DNA of 64,000 nucleotides from Escherichia coli (GTDB lineage Bacteria; Pseudomonadota; Gammaproteobacteria; Enterobacterales; Enterobacteriaceae): NCBI RefSeq assembly GCF_030384885.1, contig NZ_CP128613.1; one strand, 5' to 3'. Shown piece by piece: positions 52,395 to 64,000 of this stretch (position 1 is its first letter; each line of letters starts with the position of its first letter). The notes under the pieces were generated by a model. It saw only the letters and a program-made list of their open reading frames with translations, ran no database searches and was not told where the DNA came from. The position numbers and the translations under genes were made by a program.

Positions 52395-53423
52395 ATGGCG
52401 CATATTGTAACCCTAAATACCCCATCCAGAGAAGATTGGTTAACGCAACTTGCCGATGTTGTGACCGATCCTGATGAACTTCTGCGTCTTTTGAATATAG
52501 ACGCGGACGAAAAACTGTTGGCCGGACGCAGCGCCAAAAAGCTGTTTGCCCTGCGTGTTCCCCGCTCATTTATCGATCGCATGGAGAAAGGCAATCCGGA
52601 CGATCCACTTTTGCGTCAGGTACTTACCTCGCAAGATGAGTTTGTCGTCGCGCCCGGATTCTCCACCGACCCGCTGGAAGAACAGCACAGCGTAGTCCCT
52701 GGTTTGTTGCATAAATACCACAACCGGGCGCTATTGCTGGTCAAAGGCGGCTGCGCGGTAAATTGCCGCTATTGCTTCCGTCGCCATTTCCCGTATGCCG
52801 AAAATCAGGGCAACAAGCGTAACTGGCAGACTGCACTTGAGTATGTTGCTGCGCATCCGGAACTGGACGAGATGATTTTCTCCGGCGGCGATCCGCTGAT
52901 GGCGAAAGATCACGAGCTGGACTGGTTGCTTACACAACTGGAAGCCATCCCGCATATCAAACGTCTGCGGATTCACAGCCGTCTGCCGATTGTGATCCCG
53001 GCACGCATCACAGATGCGCTGGTTGAACGCTTTTCACATTCTACGCTGCAAATCTTGCTGGTGAATCACATCAACCATGCCAATGAGGTAGATGAAACAT
53101 TCCGCCAGGCGATGGCTAAGTTGCGCCGGGTAGGCGTTACTTTGCTGAACCAGAGCGTTCTGTTACGTGGTGTGAACGATAACGCACAAACGCTGGCAAA
53201 CCTGAGTAATGCGTTGTTCGATGCGGGCGTGATGCCGTATTACCTGCATGTGCTCGATAAAGTACAGGGCGCGGCGCATTTTATGGTGAGTGATGACGAA
53301 GCACGGCAGATTATGCGTGAGCTGCTGACGCTGGTATCTGGATATATGGTGCCGAAACTGGCGCGCGAGATTGGCGGCGAACCCAGTAAAACGCCGCTGG
53401 ATCTCCAGCTACGCCAGCAGTAA
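52395..53423 (+). CDS. epmB: EF-P lysine 2,3-aminomutase-like radical SAM enzyme
   Basis: 342-aa ORF with CAVNCRYC radical-SAM motif; divergent from efp. Confidence 0.95.
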   Translation: MAHIVTLNTPSREDWLTQLADVVTDPDELLRLLNIDADEKLLAGRSAKKLFALRVPRSFIDRMEKGNPDDPLLRQVLTSQDEFVVAPGFSTDPLEEQHSVVPGLLHKYHNRALLLVKGGCAVNCRYCFRRHFPYAENQGNKRNWQTALEYVAAHPELDEMIFSGGDPLMAKDHELDWLLTQLEAIPHIKRLRIHSRLPIVIPARITDALVERFSHSTLQILLVNHINHANEVDETFRQAMAKLRRVGVTLLNQSVLLRGVNDNAQTLANLSNALFDAGVMPYYLHVLDKVQGAAHFMVSDDEARQIMRELLTLVSGYMVPKLAREIGGEPSKTPLDLQLRQQ

Positions 53424-53657
53424 CTGATTAAACAGGGAAGTTTAATCTTTGCACGTTGCATAACCTTTAATTATTCATATACATTGCTGTTATTACTTTT
53501 TATATAACCAACACCAATAATTAACCTTTCTTTTCTGTTTATATAGAGTGAGCACGGCTATTTATGTTATTTTAACAACTATTACTACCAAGCCCATTTA
53601 TCTGGCTTATAAATTAAAATTAATTATTTAATTGAGAAATGGTTAGGGAGAACCTAC

Positions 53658-54527
53658 ATGGCCATAAGCATCAAGGGAGTTAATACCGGTGTTATTCGCA
53701 AGAGTAATAATTTCATTGCACTGGCGCTGAAAATTAAAGAGCCTCGCAATAAAGAATCGTTGTTCTTTATGTCTGTCATGGAACTGCGAGACCTGCTGAT
53801 TGCGCTGGAAAGCCGTCTGCATCAAAAGCATAAACTGGATGCTGATGCACGTCTTCAGTATGAGCAGACTCGCGATAAAGTTATTAAGAAAATGGCAGAA
53901 AATATCCCAGAAATTCTGGTTGATGAGCTTAAAAATGCCGATATTAATCGCCGAGTTAATATGCTGGAACTTACCGATAATCAGGGTGAAAATCTTACCT
54001 TCGTATTAACGCTACATGACGGTAGCAAATGTGAGTTAGTCATCAATGAATTGCAGATTGAAATGCTGGCGCGAGCAATCATTCATGCAATTAATAATGC
54101 GGAAATGCGTGAACTGGCATTACGTATTACCTCACTGTTAGATTTCCTGCCGTTATACGACGTTGACTGCCAGGACAATGGCAATCTGGAATATGACACC
54201 TATTCCCAACCGGAATGGAAACATAACTTGTTCAACCATTATCTGGCAGTGCTTTATCGCTTTAAAGATGAAAATGGCAAAGAGCAATTTAGCGGCGCGG
54301 TGGTGAAAACGCGTGAAGCAACGCCGGGTAAAGAAGTGGAGGCGATCACTCGCCGAATGCTTGATTTCAGCCCCAGACTGAAAAAACTCGCGGGTGTGCC
54401 ATGTCAGGTCTATGTTCGCACCGTAGCGGCAAATAACACCCAACCGCTAACCCAGGATCAATGCTTACGCGCGCTGCATCACTTACGTGTTCAGTCCATC
54501 AGCAAAAGTGCACCACAAGCGAAATAA
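53658..54527 (+). CDS. yjeJ: Conserved protein of unknown function
   Basis: 289-aa ORF; AT-rich gene with a very AT-rich 234-bp upstream region. Confidence 0.85.
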   Translation: MAISIKGVNTGVIRKSNNFIALALKIKEPRNKESLFFMSVMELRDLLIALESRLHQKHKLDADARLQYEQTRDKVIKKMAENIPEILVDELKNADINRRVNMLELTDNQGENLTFVLTLHDGSKCELVINELQIEMLARAIIHAINNAEMRELALRITSLLDFLPLYDVDCQDNGNLEYDTYSQPEWKHNLFNHYLAVLYRFKDENGKEQFSGAVVKTREATPGKEVEAITRRMLDFSPRLKKLAGVPCQVYVRTVAANNTQPLTQDQCLRALHHLRVQSISKSAPQAK

Positions 54528-54576
54528 TCTCATCTTTGCTAATGCGAGGCTGGAGTCATCCAGCCTCTGAATCACA

Positions 54577-54930
54577 TCAATTCGGGCACTTATATACCTG
54601 GCCGATAATCTGGCTATCCGTCGGGACAAAACTGGACAACATTCCCTGCGACGGGCTGCTGATACCATAAATCACGTTACCACCCATTGCCGCTGCCTGG
54701 TTGCGCAGATCGTTTGCCGCACCACGCATAGAACCGCCTTCTTCACCGTGTTGCCCGGAAAGCCAGTTACTTTGCTTACCTGTCGCAGTACCAATCAGCT
54801 GGCACTCCGCACCTGGCTGCTCGTCCACAATGCGTACACTCTGACCGGCAGCACTCAATTCGTTGCTGGAGCTACAACCCGCCATCAGTAGCGCGGCACC
54901 GACAATCCCTGCTAAGTATTTTACGTGCAT
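54577..54930 (-). CDS. yjeI: DUF4156 lipoprotein
   Basis: 117 aa from MHVKYLAGIVGAALLMAGCSS... Confidence 0.85.
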   Translation of the reverse strand: MHVKYLAGIVGAALLMAGCSSSNELSAAGQSVRIVDEQPGAECQLIGTATGKQSNWLSGQHGEEGGSMRGAANDLRNQAAAMGGNVIYGISSPSQGMLSSFVPTDSQIIGQVYKCPN

Positions 54931-55067
54931 GTTATTCCCCATAATCAATGAGCTGGACGCCACTCGCGTCGTCCGTGTCTGAATCTTATACTAGAAAGAT
55001 GACCAAAAGAAAAACCCCCAGACATTTCTGCCCGGGGGTTTGTTTATTTCTGCGAGGTGCAGGGCAA

Positions 55068-56726
<1,659 letters not shown>

Positions 56727-56757
56727 TTAAATTCGTATGTTCAGTGTCGTGCGCGGA

Positions 56758-57102
<345 letters not shown>

Positions 57103-57130
57103 TTACGTGGTTTCCCGGCTGGTGACCAGA

Positions 57131-57160
57131 GAAATGGGGGTGAGGCTTCGCCCCTTCAAG
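57131..57160 (-). promoter_or_regulatory. groSL sigma-32 heat-shock promoter
   Basis: On the gro strand: CTTGAA (-35) and CCCCATTTC (-10), matching the sigma-32 pattern upstream of groS. Confidence 0.7.
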
Positions 57161-57326
57161 GGGGAAAATGAAAAAAAATTCTGATCAGCACAAAATCGGG
57201 TGAAAACACTGATTCACCTCACATTTCATCGCAATTTATTCATCGCCGTCATAAGCGAATCTGATTGTGCTACCATCGAAAATCTACGCAGTTGCCCAAG
57301 ATTTGGGCGCAATCGGACATCAACCC

Positions 57327-58583
57327 ATGAGTGGACTCAAACAAGAACTGGGGCTGGCCCAGGGCATCGGCCTGCTATCGACGTCATTATTAGGCACTGG
57401 CGTGTTTGCCGTTCCTGCGTTAGCTGCACTGGTAGCAGGCAATACCAGCCTGTGGGCGTGGCCCGTTTTGATTATCTTAGTGTTCCCGATTGCGATTGTG
57501 TTTGCGATTCTGGGGCGCCACTATCCCAGTGCAGGCGGCGTCGCACACTTCGTCGGTATGGCGTTTGGTTCGCGGCTTGAGCGAGTCACCGGCTGGCTGT
57601 TTTTATCGGTCATTCCCGTAGGTTTGCCTGCCGCGCTACAAATTGCTGCCGGATTCGGCCAGGCAATGTTTGGCTGGCATAGCTGGCAACTGCTGTTGGC
57701 AGAACTCGTTACGCTGGCGCTGGTGTGGTATATCGGTACGCGCGGTGCCAGTTCCAGTGCTAATCTACAAACAGTCATTGCCGGGCTTATCGTCACGCTA
57801 ATTGTCGCCATCTGGTGGGCGGGCGATATCAAACCTGCGAATATCCCCTTCCCTGCACCAGGTAATATCGAACTTACTGGGTTATTTGCTGCGTTATCAG
57901 TGATGTTCTGGTGCTTTGTCGGTCTGGAAGCATTTGCCCACCTAGCCTCGGAATTTAAAAATCCAGAGCGTGATTTTCCTCGCGCGTTGATGATTGGTCT
58001 GCTGCTGGCAGGATTAGTCTACTGGGGCTGTACGGTAGTCGTCTTACACTTCGACGCCTACGGTGAAAAAATGGCGGCAGCAGCATCGCTTCCAAAAATT
58101 GTAGTGCAACTGTTCGGTGTAGGAGCGTTATGGATTGCCTGCGTGATTGGCTATCTGGCCTGCTTTGCCAGTCTCAACATTTATATACAGAGCTTCGCCC
58201 GCCTGGTCTGGTCGCAGGCGCAACATAATCCTGACCACTACCTGGCACGCCTCTCTTCTCGTCATATCCCGAATAATGCCCTCAATGCGGTGCTCGGCTG
58301 CTGCGTGGTGAGCACGTTGGTGATTCATGCTTTAGAGATCAATCTGGACGCACTTATCATCTATGCCAATGGCATCTTTATTATGATTTATCTGTTATGC
58401 ATGCTGGCAGGCTGTAAATTATTGCAAGGACGTTATCGACTACTGGCGGTGGTTGGCGGGCTGTTATGCGTTCTGTTACTAGCAATGGTCGGCTGGAAAA
58501 GTCTCTATGCGCTGATCATGCTGGCGGGGTTATGGCTGTTTCTGCCAAAACGAAAAACGCCGGAAAATGGCATAACCACATAA
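57327..58583 (+). CDS. yjeH: APC-family amino acid exporter
   Basis: 418 aa from MSGLKQELGLAQGIGLL... Confidence 0.9.
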   Translation: MSGLKQELGLAQGIGLLSTSLLGTGVFAVPALAALVAGNTSLWAWPVLIILVFPIAIVFAILGRHYPSAGGVAHFVGMAFGSRLERVTGWLFLSVIPVGLPAALQIAAGFGQAMFGWHSWQLLLAELVTLALVWYIGTRGASSSANLQTVIAGLIVTLIVAIWWAGDIKPANIPFPAPGNIELTGLFAALSVMFWCFVGLEAFAHLASEFKNPERDFPRALMIGLLLAGLVYWGCTVVVLHFDAYGEKMAAAASLPKIVVQLFGVGALWIACVIGYLACFASLNIYIQSFARLVWSQAQHNPDHYLARLSSRHIPNNALNAVLGCCVVSTLVIHALEINLDALIIYANGIFIMIYLLCMLAGCKLLQGRYRLLAVVGGLLCVLLLAMVGWKSLYALIMLAGLWLFLPKRKTPENGITT

Positions 58584-58598
58584 TCCGGCGTTTCGGCA

Positions 58599-59075
58599 TT
58601 AATCCTGGCGATCGTCTTTATGATCAAGGCGGTCGCGCTCATCATCCTTTCGCTGGTACTCACCATCAAAAGTATTACCGCCACCGGTCCCGGCGCTAAA
58701 ACCGCCGCCTGGCATGCGAGAAAAGCGCAAATGCGGCATCAACTTCACTGTCAGATGCTTTTGCACCGGCGGTAATAAAAGCAGAAGACCGAGGAAGTCG
58801 GTGAAAAAGCCCGGTAATAAAAGCAGCAAACCGGCAATGATCAGCGAAACACTTTTAATCATCTCCGCCGCTGGGTTTTCACCTGCCGCCATTTTTTGCT
58901 GCATCAGCACGAAATTCTTAAAGCCCTGGTTACGTACCAGTGACATACCAATAACTGACGTGAATATAACCAGCACGAGGGTCAGCAATACCCCCAATAC
59001 ATGGGCAACCTGAATAAAGATTGAAATCTCAATATAGACATAAAGGAAAATGGCAATAAAAGGTAACCAGCGCAA
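58599..59075 (-). CDS. fxsA: FxsA inner-membrane protein
   Basis: 158-aa ORF. Confidence 0.9.
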   Translation of the reverse strand: MRWLPFIAIFLYVYIEISIFIQVAHVLGVLLTLVLVIFTSVIGMSLVRNQGFKNFVLMQQKMAAGENPAAEMIKSVSLIIAGLLLLLPGFFTDFLGLLLLLPPVQKHLTVKLMPHLRFSRMPGGGFSAGTGGGNTFDGEYQRKDDERDRLDHKDDRQD

Positions 59076-59411
59076 AGGTTTCTCCTGTAATAGCAGCCGG
59101 TTAAACCCGGCTACCTGAATGGGTTGCGAATCGCGTTCAGCTTATATTGTGGTCATTAGCAAAATTTCAAGATGTTTGCGCAACTATTTTTGGTAGTAAT
59201 CCCAAAGCGGTGATCTATTTCACAAATTAATAATTAAGGGGTAAAAACCGACACTTAAAGTGATCCAGATTACGGTAGAAATCCTCAAGCAGCATATGAT
59301 CTCGGGTATTCGGTCGATGCAGGGGATAATCGTCGGTCGAAAAACATTCGAAACCACATATATTCTGTGTGTTTAAAGCAAATCATTGGCAGCTTGAAAA
59401 AGAAGGTTCAC

Positions 59412-60848
59412 ATGTCAAACAACATTCGTATCGAAGAAGATCTGTTGGGTACCAGGGAAGTTCCAGCTGATGCCTACTATGGTGTTCACACTCTGAGAGC
59501 GATTGAAAACTTCTATATCAGCAACAACAAAATCAGTGATATTCCTGAATTTGTTCGCGGTATGGTAATGGTTAAAAAAGCCGCAGCTATGGCAAACAAA
59601 GAGCTGCAAACCATTCCTAAAAGTGTAGCGAATGCCATCATTGCCGCATGTGATGAAGTCCTGAACAACGGAAAATGCATGGATCAGTTCCCGGTAGACG
59701 TCTACCAGGGCGGCGCAGGTACTTCCGTAAACATGAACACCAACGAAGTGCTGGCCAATATCGGTCTGGAACTGATGGGTCACCAGAAAGGTGAATATCA
59801 GTACCTGAACCCGAACGACCATGTTAACAAATGTCAGTCCACTAACGACGCCTACCCGACCGGTTTCCGTATCGCAGTTTACTCTTCCCTGATTAAGCTG
59901 GTAGATGCGATTAACCAACTGCGTGAAGGCTTTGAACGTAAAGCTGTCGAATTCCAGGACATCCTGAAAATGGGTCGTACCCAGCTGCAGGACGCAGTAC
60001 CGATGACCCTCGGTCAGGAATTCCGCGCTTTCAGCATCCTGCTGAAAGAAGAAGTGAAAAACATCCAACGTACCGCTGAACTGCTGCTGGAAGTTAACCT
60101 TGGCGCAACAGCAATCGGTACTGGTCTGAACACGCCGAAAGAGTACTCTCCGCTGGCAGTGAAAAAACTGGCTGAAGTCACTGGCTTCCCATGCGTACCG
60201 GCTGAAGACCTGATCGAAGCGACCTCTGACTGCGGCGCTTATGTTATGGTTCACGGCGCGCTGAAACGCCTGGCTGTGAAGATGTCCAAAATCTGTAACG
60301 ACCTGCGCTTGCTCTCTTCTGGTCCACGTGCCGGCCTGAACGAGATCAACCTGCCGGAACTGCAGGCGGGCTCTTCCATCATGCCAGCTAAAGTAAACCC
60401 GGTTGTTCCGGAAGTGGTTAACCAGGTATGCTTCAAAGTCATCGGTAACGACACCACTGTTACCATGGCAGCAGAAGCAGGTCAGCTGCAGTTGAACGTT
60501 ATGGAGCCGGTCATTGGCCAGGCTATGTTCGAATCCGTTCACATTCTGACCAACGCTTGCTACAACCTGCTGGAAAAATGCATTAACGGCATCACGGCTA
60601 ACAAAGAAGTGTGCGAAGGTTACGTTTACAACTCTATCGGTATCGTTACTTACTTGAACCCGTTCATCGGTCACCACAACGGTGACATCGTGGGTAAAAT
60701 CTGTGCCGAAACCGGTAAGAGTGTACGTGAAGTCGTTCTGGAACGCGGTCTGTTGACTGAAGCGGAACTTGACGATATTTTCTCCGTACAGAATCTGATG
60801 CACCCGGCTTACAAAGCAAAACGCTATACTGATGAAAGCGAACAGTAA
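59412..60848 (+). CDS. aspA: Aspartate ammonia-lyase
   Basis: 478 aa from [18 protein letters not shown]...; [10 protein letters not shown] signature. Confidence 0.97.
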
Positions 60849-60872
60849 TCGTACAGGGTAGTACAAATAAAG

Positions 60873-60901
60873 AAGGCACGTCAGATGACGTGCCTTTTTT
60901 C
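60873..60901 (+). terminator. Intrinsic terminator after aspA
   Basis: Hairpin ggcacgtc-agat-gacgtgcc followed by T6. Confidence 0.7.
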
Positions 60902-60965
60902 TTGTGAGCAGTAACTTAAAAATAACAATCTAATATCAACTTGTTAAAAAACAAGGAAGGCTAAT

Positions 60966-62267
60966 ATGCTAGTTGTAGAACTCATCATAGTTTTGCTGGC
61001 GATCTTCTTGGGCGCCAGATTGGGGGGAATAGGTATTGGTTTTGCAGGCGGATTGGGGGTGCTGGTTCTTGCCGCTATTGGCGTTAAACCCGGTAACATC
61101 CCGTTCGATGTCATTTCCATTATCATGGCGGTTATCGCCGCTATCTCTGCCATGCAGGTTGCTGGCGGTCTGGACTATCTGGTTCATCAGACAGAAAAGC
61201 TGCTGCGCCGTAACCCGAAATACATCACGATCCTCGCACCGATCGTGACCTATTTCCTGACTATCTTTGCTGGTACTGGCAACATCTCTCTGGCGACACT
61301 GCCAGTTATCGCTGAAGTTGCGAAGGAACAAGGCGTTAAACCTTGCCGTCCGCTGTCTACTGCAGTGGTATCCGCGCAGATTGCGATCACCGCATCGCCA
61401 ATCTCAGCAGCAGTGGTTTACATGTCTTCCGTGATGGAAGGTCATGGCATCAGCTACCTCCATCTGCTCTCCGTGGTCATCCCGTCCACCCTGCTGGCGG
61501 TTCTGGTGATGTCCTTCCTGGTCACTATGCTGTTCAACTCCAAACTCTCTGACGATCCGATTTATCGCAAGCGTCTGGAAGAGGGCCTGGTTGAACTGCG
61601 CGGTGAAAAGCAGATTGAAATCAAATCCGGTGCAAAAACGTCCGTCTGGCTGTTCCTGCTGGGCGTAGTTGGCGTTGTTATCTATGCAATCATCAACAGC
61701 CCAAGCATGGGTCTGGTTGAAAAACCGCTGATGAACACCACCAACGCAATCCTGATCATCATGCTCAGCGTTGCAACTCTGACCACCGTTATCTGTAAAG
61801 TCGATACCGACAACATCCTCAACTCCAGCACCTTCAAAGCAGGTATGAGCGCCTGTATTTGTATCCTGGGTGTTGCGTGGCTGGGCGATACTTTCGTTTC
61901 CAACAACATCGACTGGATCAAAGATACCGCTGGTGAAGTGATTCAGGGTCATCCGTGGCTGCTGGCCGTCATCTTCTTCTTTGCTTCTGCTCTGCTGTAC
62001 TCTCAGGCTGCAACAGCAAAAGCACTGATGCCGATGGCTCTGGCACTGAACGTTTCTCCGCTGACCGCTGTTGCTTCTTTCGCTGCGGTGTCTGGTCTGT
62101 TCATTCTGCCGACCTACCCGACGCTGGTTGCTGCGGTACAGATGGATGACACGGGTACTACCCGTATCGGTAAATTCGTCTTCAACCATCCGTTCTTCAT
62201 CCCGGGTACTCTGGGTGTTGCCCTGGCCGTTTGCTTCGGCTTCATGCTGGGTAGCTTCATGCTGTAA
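60966..62267 (+). CDS. dcuA: Anaerobic C4-dicarboxylate transporter DcuA
   Basis: 433-aa polytopic ORF. Confidence 0.96.
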   Translation: MLVVELIIVLLAIFLGARLGGIGIGFAGGLGVLVLAAIGVKPGNIPFDVISIIMAVIAAISAMQVAGGLDYLVHQTEKLLRRNPKYITILAPIVTYFLTIFAGTGNISLATLPVIAEVAKEQGVKPCRPLSTAVVSAQIAITASPISAAVVYMSSVMEGHGISYLHLLSVVIPSTLLAVLVMSFLVTMLFNSKLSDDPIYRKRLEEGLVELRGEKQIEIKSGAKTSVWLFLLGVVGVVIYAIINSPSMGLVEKPLMNTTNAILIIMLSVATLTTVICKVDTDNILNSSTFKAGMSACICILGVAWLGDTFVSNNIDWIKDTAGEVIQGHPWLLAVIFFFASALLYSQAATAKALMPMALALNVSPLTAVASFAAVSGLFILPTYPTLVAAVQMDDTGTTRIGKFVFNHPFFIPGTLGVALAVCFGFMLGSFML

Positions 62268-62381
62268 TGACCAATCGCGGGGCTTCAGGCCCCGCTTTCT
62301 TTCCCGCCGACTAACATCCTTCCCCCGTCCGTTGTATAGTGACCTCTCTCTTGCGGTTCCATCTGTTCTTGCGAGGTGTTT

Positions 62382-62720
62382 ATGCTTGATGAAAAAAGTT
62401 CGAATACCGCGTCTGTCGTGGTGCTATGTACGGCACCGGATGAAGCGACAGCCCAGGATTTAGCTGCCAAAGTGCTGGCGGAAAAACTGGCGGCCTGCGC
62501 GACCTTGATCCCCGGCGCTACCTCTCTCTATTACTGGGAAGGTAAGCTGGAGCAAGAATACGAAGTGCAGATGATTTTAAAAACTACCGTATCTCTCCAG
62601 CAGGCACTGCTGGAATGCCTGAAGTCTCATCATCCATATCAAACCCCGGAACTTCTGGTTTTACCTGTTACACACGGAGACACAGATTACCTCTCATGGC
62701 TCAACGCATCTTTACGCTGA
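62382..62720 (+). CDS. cutA: Divalent-cation tolerance protein CutA
   Basis: 112 aa from [22 protein letters not shown]... Confidence 0.93.
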   Translation: MLDEKSSNTASVVVLCTAPDEATAQDLAAKVLAEKLAACATLIPGATSLYYWEGKLEQEYEVQMILKTTVSLQQALLECLKSHHPYQTPELLVLPVTHGDTDYLSWLNASLR

Positions 62721-64000
62721 TCCTGCTACTTTGCAGCACTTCCGTTTTTGCCGGATTATTCGACGCGCCGGGACGTTCACAATTTGTCCCCGCGGATCAA
62801 GCCTTTGCTTTTGATTTTCAGCAAAACCAACATGACCTGAATCTGACCTGGCAGATCAAAGACGGTTACTACCTCTACCGTAAACAGGTCCGCATTACGC
62901 CGGAACACGCGAAAATTGCCGACGTGCAGCTGCCGCAAGGCGTCTGGCATGAAGATGAGTTTTACGGCAAAAGCGAGATTTACCGCGATCGGCTGACGCT
63001 TCCCGTAACCATCAACCAGGCGAGTGCGGGAGCGACGTTAACTGTCATCTACCAGGGCTGTGCTGATGCCGGTTTCTGTTATCCGCCAGAAACCAAAACC
63101 GTTCCGTTAAGCGAAGTGGTCGCCAACAACGCAGCGTCACAGCTTGTGTCTGTTCCGCAGCAAGAGCAGCCCACCGCGCAATTGCCCTTTTCCGCGCTCT
63201 GGGCGTTATTGATCGGTATTGGTATCGCCTTTACGCCATGCGTGCTGCCAATGTACCCACTGATTTCCGGCATCGTGCTGGGCGGTAAACAGCGACTCTC
63301 CACTGCCAGAGCATTGATGCTGACCTTTATTTATGTGCAGGGGATGGCGCTGACCTATACGGCGCTGGGTCTGGTGGTTGCCGCCGCAGGGTTACAGTTC
63401 CAGGCGGCGCTACAGCACCCATACGTGCTCATTGGCCTCGCTATCGTCTTTACCTTGCTGGCGATGTCAATGTTTGGCTTGTTTACCCTGCAACTCCCCT
63501 CTTCGCTGCAAACGCGCCTCACGCTGATGAGCAATCGCCAACAGGGCGGCTCACCTGGCGGTGTGTTTGTTATGGGGGCGATTGCCGGACTGATCTGTTC
63601 ACCATGCACCACCGCACCGCTTAGCGCGATTCTGCTGTATATCGCCCAAAGCGGGAACATGTGGCTGGGCGGCGGCACGCTTTATCTCTATGCGTTGGGC
63701 ATGGGCCTGCCGCTGATGCTAATTACCGTCTTTGGTAACCGCTTGCTGCCGAAAAGCGGCCCGTGGATGGAACAAGTCAAAACCGCGTTTGGTTTTGTGA
63801 TCCTCGCACTGCCGGTCTTCCTGCTGGAGCGAGTGATTGGTGATATATGGGGATTACGCTTGTGGTCGGCGCTTGGTGTCGCATTCTTTGGCTGGGCCTT
63901 TATCACCAGCCTACAGGCCAAACGCGGCTGGATGAGCGTAGTGCAAATAATTCTGCTGGCAGCAGCATTGGTTAGCGTGCGCCCACTTCAGGATTGGGCA
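62696..64000 (+). CDS. dsbD: Thiol:disulfide interchange protein DsbD, 5' portion (435 codons, runs off the window end)
   Basis: Begins [20 protein letters not shown]..., overlaps cutA 3' end by 25 nt; frame open to base 64000. Confidence 0.93.
   Translation, partial: MAQRIFTLILLLCSTSVFAGLFDAPGRSQFVPADQAFAFDFQQNQHDLNLTWQIKDGYYLYRKQVRITPEHAKIADVQLPQGVWHEDEFYGKSEIYRDRLTLPVTINQASAGATLTVIYQGCADAGFCYPPETKTVPLSEVVANNAASQLVSVPQQEQPTAQLPFSALWALLIGIGIAFTPCVLPMYPLISGIVLGGKQRLSTARALMLTFIYVQGMALTYTALGLVVAAAGLQFQAALQHPYVLIGLAIVFTLLAMSMFGLFTLQLPSSLQTRLTLMSNRQQGGSPGGVFVMGAIAGLICSPCTTAPLSAILLYIAQSGNMWLGGGTLYLYALGMGLPLMLITVFGNRLLPKSGPWMEQVKTAFGFVILALPVFLLERVIGDIWGLRLWSALGVAFFGWAFITSLQAKRGWMSVVQIILLAAALVSVRPLQDWA

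Noticed and set aside
59415-60866. 483-aa minus-strand ORF nearly as long as aspA
   Set aside because: Antisense shadow ORF of aspA; the plus-strand product is recognisably aspartase with its signature motif.
61404-62189. 261-aa minus-strand ORF
   Set aside because: Antisense to dcuA; compositionally odd (His/Gln/Arg-rich) with no recognisable fold.

Overview
This window is a 64 kb stretch of an Escherichia coli-type chromosome, the dsbD-to-rplI region (about 94-95 min), presented in the opposite orientation to the K-12 convention. Gene calls rest on protein sequences recognised from the supplied six-frame translations; no database search was run, and all coordinates come from the ORF track plus codon arithmetic. 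Gene order matches K-12 as I recall it: rplI-rpsR-priB-rpsF, yjfY, the ula ascorbate regulon, yjfP, bsmA, yjfN, aidB, yjfCMLK, yjfJI, rlmB-rnr-nsrR, purA, yjeT, hflCKX-hfq-miaA-mutL-amiB-tsaE-nnr, queG, three tRNA-Gly, orn, rsgA, psd-mscM, yjeONM, epmA, frdABCD, ampC, blc, gdx, ecnBA, efp, epmB, yjeJ, yjeI, groLS, yjeH, fxsA, aspA, dcuA, cutA and the start of dsbD. No CRISPR array, IS element, integrase or prophage remnant was seen. The one clear departure from the K-12 arrangement is about 1.07 kb between yjfJ and yjfK (15596-16661). It encodes a 102-aa two-TM potassium-channel-like pore (TLGFGD filter motif) and, in the same frame after a single TAA, an approximately 250-aa RCK-like cytoplasmic domain. 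Together they look like one Kch/MthK-type channel gene split by an in-frame stop, embedded with overlapping stop/start codons in the PspA/IM30-family yjfIJ-yjfKLMC cluster. Smaller observations: a guanidine-II riboswitch-like tandem ACGR hairpin pair upstream of gdx, the entericidin ecnAB pair missed by the ORF track, a TRAP-transporter-like gene fragment at the left edge, ampC allelic differences from K-12, and several REP elements.
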